Below, one piece after another: positions 58,357-64,000 of a stretch of 64,000 bases of DNA. The notes under the pieces were generated by a model. That model had not been told where the DNA came from, made no database searches, and worked only from the letters and a program-made list of their open reading frames with translations. The stretch comes from Candidatus Cloacimonadota bacterium (GTDB taxonomy: Bacteria; Cloacimonadota; Cloacimonadia; JGIOTU-2). Where the stretch lies: the NCBI GenBank assembly GCA_049903315.1, contig JBNGBT010000002.1, positions 96,001-160,000 of the forward strand, in the 5' to 3' direction. The position numbers were made by a program, and so were the translations under genes. Every line of letters starts with the position of its first letter. Position 1 is the first letter of the stretch.

Positions 58357-61068
58357 ATGAAAAAGATTTTACTCATCGATGATACACGTGAAAATTTAGA
58401 AGCGATCAAAGATACGATCGAAGAGCTTATATCTGATACTATTGTATTGATTGCTGAATCAGGAAAAGAAGGTTTAAAGATTGCAAAAAAAGAGCAGCCC
58501 GATGTCATTATTTCGGATATTGTTATGCCAGAAATGGACGGCATCGAAGTATGTAAGAGATTACTTGCAGACGAAACAACGAAGCATATTCCAATAATTA
58601 TACATACTGGCTCGAAAACTGACACTGAAACTCGTATTCAATGTCTGGAAGCAGGAGCTGAAGTATTTTTAACAAAACCAGTTAATGCAGGAGAGCTTAT
58701 TGCTCAGATAAATGCGGTTTTAAGGATCAAAATTGCTGAAGATGCATTGCTTGCAGAAAGAAAAGTGCTGGATGAAGAGGTTAAGAAGAGAACAAAAGAA
58801 CTGCAGGAATCTGAGAAACACTTTAAAACTCTATTTAATCTGATGATCGATCCTGTTGTCATTGTTGATAGTAAGGGTACATTTTTAGAAATCACTGATA
58901 GAATAGAAGAATTAACAGGTTTGAAACGCGAGGATTTTATTGGTATGAATTTTATAAAATCCAAGATCATTTCAGCAAAGTACAAAGCCATTCTTATAAA
59001 GAATCTGGCTAAACGAATGATGGGCGTAAAGGTAGCTCCATATGAAATTGAAATACTCTCAGCAAATGGGAAAAAAATTCCGTTTGAGATCAACGCTGCA
59101 AAAATTGACTATAAAGGCAAACCAGCAGACATGATAGTATTTCGTGATATAAAAGAACGAAAAAAAGCTGAAAATGAACTGGCGGAAAGTGAGTTATTAA
59201 ACAGAACTATCATTGAAAATTCACCAATCGGTATTTCTGTACGAGATAAAAACGGCACCCTTCTTTTATCAAATGAAGCATGGAGAATCCTTTGGGGGCA
59301 CTCTGAAAAAGATATTTCAGAATTATATAAAAAAAGAAAGAAGCTTGTTTTTGATAAAACAGATTCTTATCTTCAAGATCATCTTGATGAAATTAGAAAA
59401 GTATATACAGAAGGAAAGCAGTATTTTATTCAAGACATCAAATTGACCAAATCCGGAAAAAATAAGGCAGAATGGATATCACAATATTTTTACGCTATTA
59501 AAAATGAAAAAGGAAACGTTGAGAGAGTCGTTATTTTAACAGAAGACATAACCGAGCGCAAAATCGCCGAGGATAAGCTGAAAAAGAGTGAGGAATTTTA
59601 TAGGGGGATTACCGAAAACATTTCGGACATCCTCCTGATTGTGGATAAAATTGGAGATTTCATTTATGTAAGTCCATCCGTCGAGAATGTTCTTGGATAC
59701 CTACCCGATGAATTGATTGGTAAGAATATCTTTAAGTATATCAACAAGGTGGATATACCCCGTGCTATTATTGATTACGGCAAAGCTATCCTTACAAAAG
59801 AGGTTAATATTCCCAATTCATTCCGTGTTCTGCATAAAGATGGTTCCGACCGTATACTTGAGGGCTTAGGCAAGAACCAGTTTAAAAATCCAGCTATTGC
59901 TGGTTTTATCATGAATATTCATGACATCACCGAACAGAAACGGGCAGAGAAAATACAAAAAACATTATACAACATTTCCAATGCGCTAAATTTTGTTGGT
60001 AATTTGCACGAACTCTTTATTAAAATAAGAGAATACCTTGGAGAGGTGCTTGATGTAACCAATTTCTATGTTGCTTTATACGATGAAAAGACAGATATGA
60101 TCTCTCTTCCTTTTGATGTTGATGAAAAAGATGATTATGAAAATTTTCCTGCGGGTAAGACACTTACTAAATATGTGATTCAAACCGGAAAATCTCTCTT
60201 TGCTACGAATGATGTAGTAGAGGATTTAACTAAACATGGTGTAATTGAAACAATTGGCGCTCCTTCTGAAATCTGGCTTGGTGTTCCACTGAAAATTGAA
60301 AACAAAGTAATTGGTGCGATTGTAGTTCAAAGTTATGATGATCCAAATCTATATTCTGAAAAAGATATTGAAATTCTTACTTTTATTTCAGAAGAAATAG
60401 CACTTGCCATTCAACAAAAACAAGCAGAAGAAGAATTGAGAATAAGCCGAGAACGGTTAAAAACTGCCCACTCAATTTTACGACATGATATTACGAATGA
60501 TCTCGTAGTAATAAAAAGCGCACTTGATATTTACCGTGATGAGAATGATGAAACAATGTTGGATGAGATCGAAAAACGCGTTGAGAAAAGTATTGATACG
60601 ATACAAAAACAACGCGATCAGGAATTGTTTCTCCATGCTCATGCAGATCTGGATGAATATGATCTAGAAAAGGTAGCTCATAATTTTATAAATAATTATC
60701 CTTCTATGAAAATCAATATTACGGGTTCAGGTAAAGTCTATGCAGATAACGCATTATATTCCATTTTTGAGAACATAATTAACAATGCAGCAAAGCATGG
60801 TAATACCAAAACTCTGGATATTAATATTAGCTATGAAAATGACTCCTGCGTAATAAGATTTGGGGATAGGGGTATCGGCATACCAGACGGAATAAAAGAT
60901 AAAATATTTGACGAAGGTTACCATTTTGGCAAAGCAGGACATACAGGTATTGGCTTATATATCGTACGACGCACTGTCGAAGAATACGATGGAGAGGTTT
61001 TTGTTGAAGATAATAAACCTAAAGGGGCAGTTTTTGTTGTACGATTGAGGAGAGTTATTGAGAGATAG
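58357..61068 (+). CDS. Cytoplasmic hybrid kinase: REC-PAS-PAS-PAS-GAF-HisKA-HATPase
   Basis: N-terminal REC (ISDIVMPEMDG), three PAS/PAC ends (DI.ERK), GAF (WLGVPL..IGAIVVQSY), ILRHDITNDL H-box, GIGLY G2 box. Confidence 0.9.
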   Translation: MKKILLIDDTRENLEAIKDTIEELISDTIVLIAESGKEGLKIAKKEQPDVIISDIVMPEMDGIEVCKRLLADETTKHIPIIIHTGSKTDTETRIQCLEAGAEVFLTKPVNAGELIAQINAVLRIKIAEDALLAERKVLDEEVKKRTKELQESEKHFKTLFNLMIDPVVIVDSKGTFLEITDRIEELTGLKREDFIGMNFIKSKIISAKYKAILIKNLAKRMMGVKVAPYEIEILSANGKKIPFEINAAKIDYKGKPADMIVFRDIKERKKAENELAESELLNRTIIENSPIGISVRDKNGTLLLSNEAWRILWGHSEKDISELYKKRKKLVFDKTDSYLQDHLDEIRKVYTEGKQYFIQDIKLTKSGKNKAEWISQYFYAIKNEKGNVERVVILTEDITERKIAEDKLKKSEEFYRGITENISDILLIVDKIGDFIYVSPSVENVLGYLPDELIGKNIFKYINKVDIPRAIIDYGKAILTKEVNIPNSFRVLHKDGSDRILEGLGKNQFKNPAIAGFIMNIHDITEQKRAEKIQKTLYNISNALNFVGNLHELFIKIREYLGEVLDVTNFYVALYDEKTDMISLPFDVDEKDDYENFPAGKTLTKYVIQTGKSLFATNDVVEDLTKHGVIETIGAPSEIWLGVPLKIENKVIGAIVVQSYDDPNLYSEKDIEILTFISEEIALAIQQKQAEEELRISRERLKTAHSILRHDITNDLVVIKSALDIYRDENDETMLDEIEKRVEKSIDTIQKQRDQELFLHAHADLDEYDLEKVAHNFINNYPSMKINITGSGKVYADNALYSIFENIINNAAKHGNTKTLDINISYENDSCVIRFGDRGIGIPDGIKDKIFDEGYHFGKAGHTGIGLYIVRRTVEEYDGEVFVEDNKPKGAVFVVRLRRVIER

Positions 61069-61211
61069 CCCCCAATCCATCTTTGATTTCTATAGTAATT
61101 TTTATCACTCCAACCCAGGTTTTTATTGTTATACTTGACTTATAATTATGCACTCAAAAAATTCAACAAAATTTTCTTAAAAATAATTTACGTATATGAA
61201 AGGGTTTCCTC

Positions 61212-63095
61212 ATGAAGAAAAACTGGTTTAGGACAGCAATCATAATTGTTGTTTTCCTTGTAACGATCTACTATCTTTTACCACTCATAGCGAAAAATGA
61301 ATATGCGATCGTGAACATTGAGGTCTATGATCAGGACTCGAATCTGATCTATGAAATTAATGAGCATGAATATAAAGTCGGGAGCAATCTTTTCGGGCAG
61401 GAATTTGAAGATCAGTTAACTATGACAGAGCTGCATGATTCACTTACCGTCACAGGAAAATTACCAGACTATATGTTGAGAAATGTAGAGGGTGATGTTG
61501 ATTTTACTAAGGATCAGATTATAAAAGCTGAACTTGTGGAGAAAACTACGAGAGTGGAGCTTCCCACCTGGTTCAGTAATAAGCAGCTCAAACTTGGTCT
61601 TGACCTGCAAGGTGGTATGCATCTTGTGCTTGAGGTGGATACAGAAGGACTTGCAACAGAAACCGCAGAAAATGCAATAAAAAGCGCACAGCAGATCATC
61701 ACAAACCGAATTGACCAGTTTGGTGTAGCGGAACCCACAATCCAGAAGATTGGTACGAAAAGAATTCTTGTACAACTTCCCGGGCTTCGTGATGCTGGCA
61801 GAGCAAAGGAACTTATTGGCAAAACTGCACTTCTTGAATTTCAGCTTGTTGCAAATACTCAGGATATAAGAAATGCTGTTGAAGCTATTGATGAATATCT
61901 TAAAAGTAATTATGATAAATATGCCTATTTGAAAACCATTGAAGATGAGAAGTCAACTGCAGTTGAGGACGCACTTTTTGAGAGTGAAACTGCTGATTCC
62001 CTGGCAGATTCTACTGCCGCTGCTGTCGAAGAAACATCTCATGATCATCTTTTCTCAAGTCTCGTTGCAGTATATGGACAGCGCTTGATAGTACGTCCTG
62101 AAAATCTCGAACTTTTCAGAAAAGTCATAAATCTTCCTGAGATACAGCAAATCATACCCGAGGGCGTGGTAATCCTTCTCGGAAAGGTCGACAAAGATAA
62201 TATTCAGGGAGCACGTCCCGTTTATTTTCTTTATGATACAGTAGAACTCACAGGCACTCATCTGAAGAACGCAGACGTTCGTATAGGGCAGGGAATGGAT
62301 CCCAAAATAGCAAACAAGCCGTACGTAAGTCTTCAGTTTGATAATGAAGGTTCGAGGATTTTTGCAAATGTAACTGGCAGCCATATTAACGAACAGCTCG
62401 CTATTGTTTTGGACAACATTGTTCATTCTGCACCTGTGATTAATGATAAGATCAGGGATGGAAATGCAATGATCACAGGTATTGGCGATATGGATGAAGC
62501 AAAAGATCTCGCTATTGTTCTCAATGCAGGTAACCTTCCAGCGCCGGTGAATATTATTGAAGAGCGTACTGTCGGTCCCACACTCGGATCGGATTCCATT
62601 AAAGCCGGCTTCAAAGCAGCTATTATTGGTCTTATAATTGTTATGGTCTTTATGATAATTTATTATAAATTGTCAGGTGTGATTGCGAATATTGCACTTA
62701 TCGGAAATGTTCTCATTATTCTCGCAGTACTCACGATGCTCAATGCAAGTTTGACCATGCCGGGTATCGCAGGTATTATTCTTACAATCGGTATGGCAGT
62801 TGATGCGAATGTGCTCATCTTTGAGAGAATTCGTGAAGAGCTGCGTGCCGGTAAAACAGTGCGCACAGCGATAGATAACGGCTATAAAAGAGCTGTAATT
62901 ACTATTGCTGATGCAAATATCACGACACTTATTACGGCTGTCGTGCTCTATCAATTCGGAACAGGTCCGATTCGTGGTTTTGCGGTTACTTTGAGTATCG
63001 GTATTCTTGCTTCTATGTTCACAGCAATTGTGGTGACCAAAGCTATATTTGATGGCGTGATCACTCGCAAACCTAGAAAAAGTCTTAGCATTTAA
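61212..63095 (+). CDS. secD: Protein translocase subunit SecD (with N-terminal periplasmic insert)
   Basis: LGLDLQGG, RIDQFGVAEP, QLAIVLD, VGPTLG, GMAVDANVLIFERIREE. Confidence 0.97.
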   Translation: MKKNWFRTAIIIVVFLVTIYYLLPLIAKNEYAIVNIEVYDQDSNLIYEINEHEYKVGSNLFGQEFEDQLTMTELHDSLTVTGKLPDYMLRNVEGDVDFTKDQIIKAELVEKTTRVELPTWFSNKQLKLGLDLQGGMHLVLEVDTEGLATETAENAIKSAQQIITNRIDQFGVAEPTIQKIGTKRILVQLPGLRDAGRAKELIGKTALLEFQLVANTQDIRNAVEAIDEYLKSNYDKYAYLKTIEDEKSTAVEDALFESETADSLADSTAAAVEETSHDHLFSSLVAVYGQRLIVRPENLELFRKVINLPEIQQIIPEGVVILLGKVDKDNIQGARPVYFLYDTVELTGTHLKNADVRIGQGMDPKIANKPYVSLQFDNEGSRIFANVTGSHINEQLAIVLDNIVHSAPVINDKIRDGNAMITGIGDMDEAKDLAIVLNAGNLPAPVNIIEERTVGPTLGSDSIKAGFKAAIIGLIIVMVFMIIYYKLSGVIANIALIGNVLIILAVLTMLNASLTMPGIAGIILTIGMAVDANVLIFERIREELRAGKTVRTAIDNGYKRAVITIADANITTLITAVVLYQFGTGPIRGFAVTLSIGILASMFTAIVVTKAIFDGVITRKPRKSLSI

Positions 63096-63107
63096 GAGGA
63101 GATCAAC

Positions 63108-64000
63108 ATGAATTTCTTATCAAATACTCATATAGATTTTATAAGCAAACGTAAAATTGCATTTATTATTTCCGGTCTTCTGATCGTCGCAGGTATTACG
63201 TCCTGGATCATTCACGGTGGACCTCAATATGGTATTGATTTCACAGGCGGAACACTTTTTGAATTTGATTTTACTCCAGATACGATTGAAACTCCTCCTG
63301 TTGAGATCCAAGCTGTTCGTGATATAATGAGTTCAGAGGGCTTTAGCGATGCGGTCATTCAGGAATTTGGAAATCCAAACATTATTTTGATAAAAATCAA
63401 GGCAAGTGAAAATCCAAAAGAAGATGAAGAAGCTCTGATGAGTATTCTACGCACAAACTTTCCGAATTATGCAGCAAATAAGACCGAAATTGATTTTCTT
63501 CGAAGAAGTGAACATGTAGGTTCTAAAATTGGAGAAGAGCTGCGTGGAAAAGCTCTCATTGCTATTCTGATCGCTATGCTCGGTATTATTATATATATAT
63601 GGTGGAGATTTGAGCTTACTTTTGGTTTTGCTGCCGTTCTGGCACTTTTACATGATGTGGTGATCACAGTTGGACTTCTCTCGATTTTCAATATCGAAAT
63701 CACCATCAGTGTTATTGCAGCATTGCTGGCAATTGTGGGTTATTCTCTTAATGATACGATTGTGCTTTTCGTGCGGGTTCGAGAAGATTTGAAGATATAC
63801 CGTAAAGAAAACTACGAATCGATTATTAATCATAGCATCAATGAAGTGCTCTCACGAACTGTTATTACTTCCTTCACGACACTTATCGTTGTGGTAATAC
63901 TGTTCTTCTTTGGCGGTGAGGGAATACGGGCGTTCTCGACTACACTTCTGATAGGTGTTATTGTTGGTACATACTCTTCCATCTTCATTGCAAGCCCTGT
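63108..64000 (+). CDS. secF: Protein translocase subunit SecF, 3' truncated by window edge
   Basis: Not in the ORF track. Read directly: MNFLSNTHIDFISKRK..GIDFTGG..LHDV..GYSLNDTIV..VGTYSSIFIA; AGGAG RBS. Confidence 0.95.
   Translation, partial: MNFLSNTHIDFISKRKIAFIISGLLIVAGITSWIIHGGPQYGIDFTGGTLFEFDFTPDTIETPPVEIQAVRDIMSSEGFSDAVIQEFGNPNIILIKIKASENPKEDEEALMSILRTNFPNYAANKTEIDFLRRSEHVGSKIGEELRGKALIAILIAMLGIIIYIWWRFELTFGFAAVLALLHDVVITVGLLSIFNIEITISVIAALLAIVGYSLNDTIVLFVRVREDLKIYRKENYESIINHSINEVLSRTVITSFTTLIVVVILFFFGGEGIRAFSTTLLIGVIVGTYSSIFIASP

Noticed and set aside
201..63833. Numerous short antisense or alternate-frame ORFs in the track (for example 9388-9972, 16782-17261, 25229-25741, 41167-41622)
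   Set aside because: They lie within well-supported genes and have no recognisable motifs; treated as shadow ORFs
1..64000. rRNA, tRNA, transposase, prophage or stop-codon recoding
   Set aside because: None recognised; the TGA stops examined fall at expected protein ends, often in ATGA overlaps

Overview
AT-rich bacterial chromosomal window from a diderm. The many secreted proteins with FlgD-Ig/T9SS-like C-termini (..PNP..IYNLKG..WNGKD..GVYLY..TKKLILMK) suggest an FCB-superphylum lineage such as Cloacimonadota; this is an inference. Content in order: a MacB-like ABC pair, yihY, rph and tkt, then a tightly coupled surface-glycan locus (radical SAM, GT9, deacetylase, three GT4, Wzx, WecA) ending in a PorZ-like propeller and recG. 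A minus-strand block follows (M16 peptidase, coaD, pepP, rluD, an output-less HAMP-PAS protein, ktrAB, and the rpsP-khpA-rimM-trmD-SPOUT-rplS operon). Next are tsaA, an ECF transporter, pruA plus an ALDH7, a Vps62-like/beta-barrel protein paired with an Omp85-like protein, a cytoplasmic two-component/sigma54 island interleaved with large secreted CTD proteins, and secD-secF. No rRNA, tRNA, CRISPR, transposase or reverse transcriptase was seen. Best leads: (1) a trigger-factor-like FKBP insert in SecD; (2) a sigma54 circuit readable from DNA, with duplicated tandem 18-bp enhancer pairs and a -24/-12 promoter; (3) a family of 30-bp elements that insert into other short repeats, plus a REP-flanked single-gene cassette; (4) the Vps62-like/barrel + Omp85 pair; (5) mosaic CTD cargo genes, one with an archaeal-looking passenger. 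All family assignments are by eye from motifs; no searches were run.
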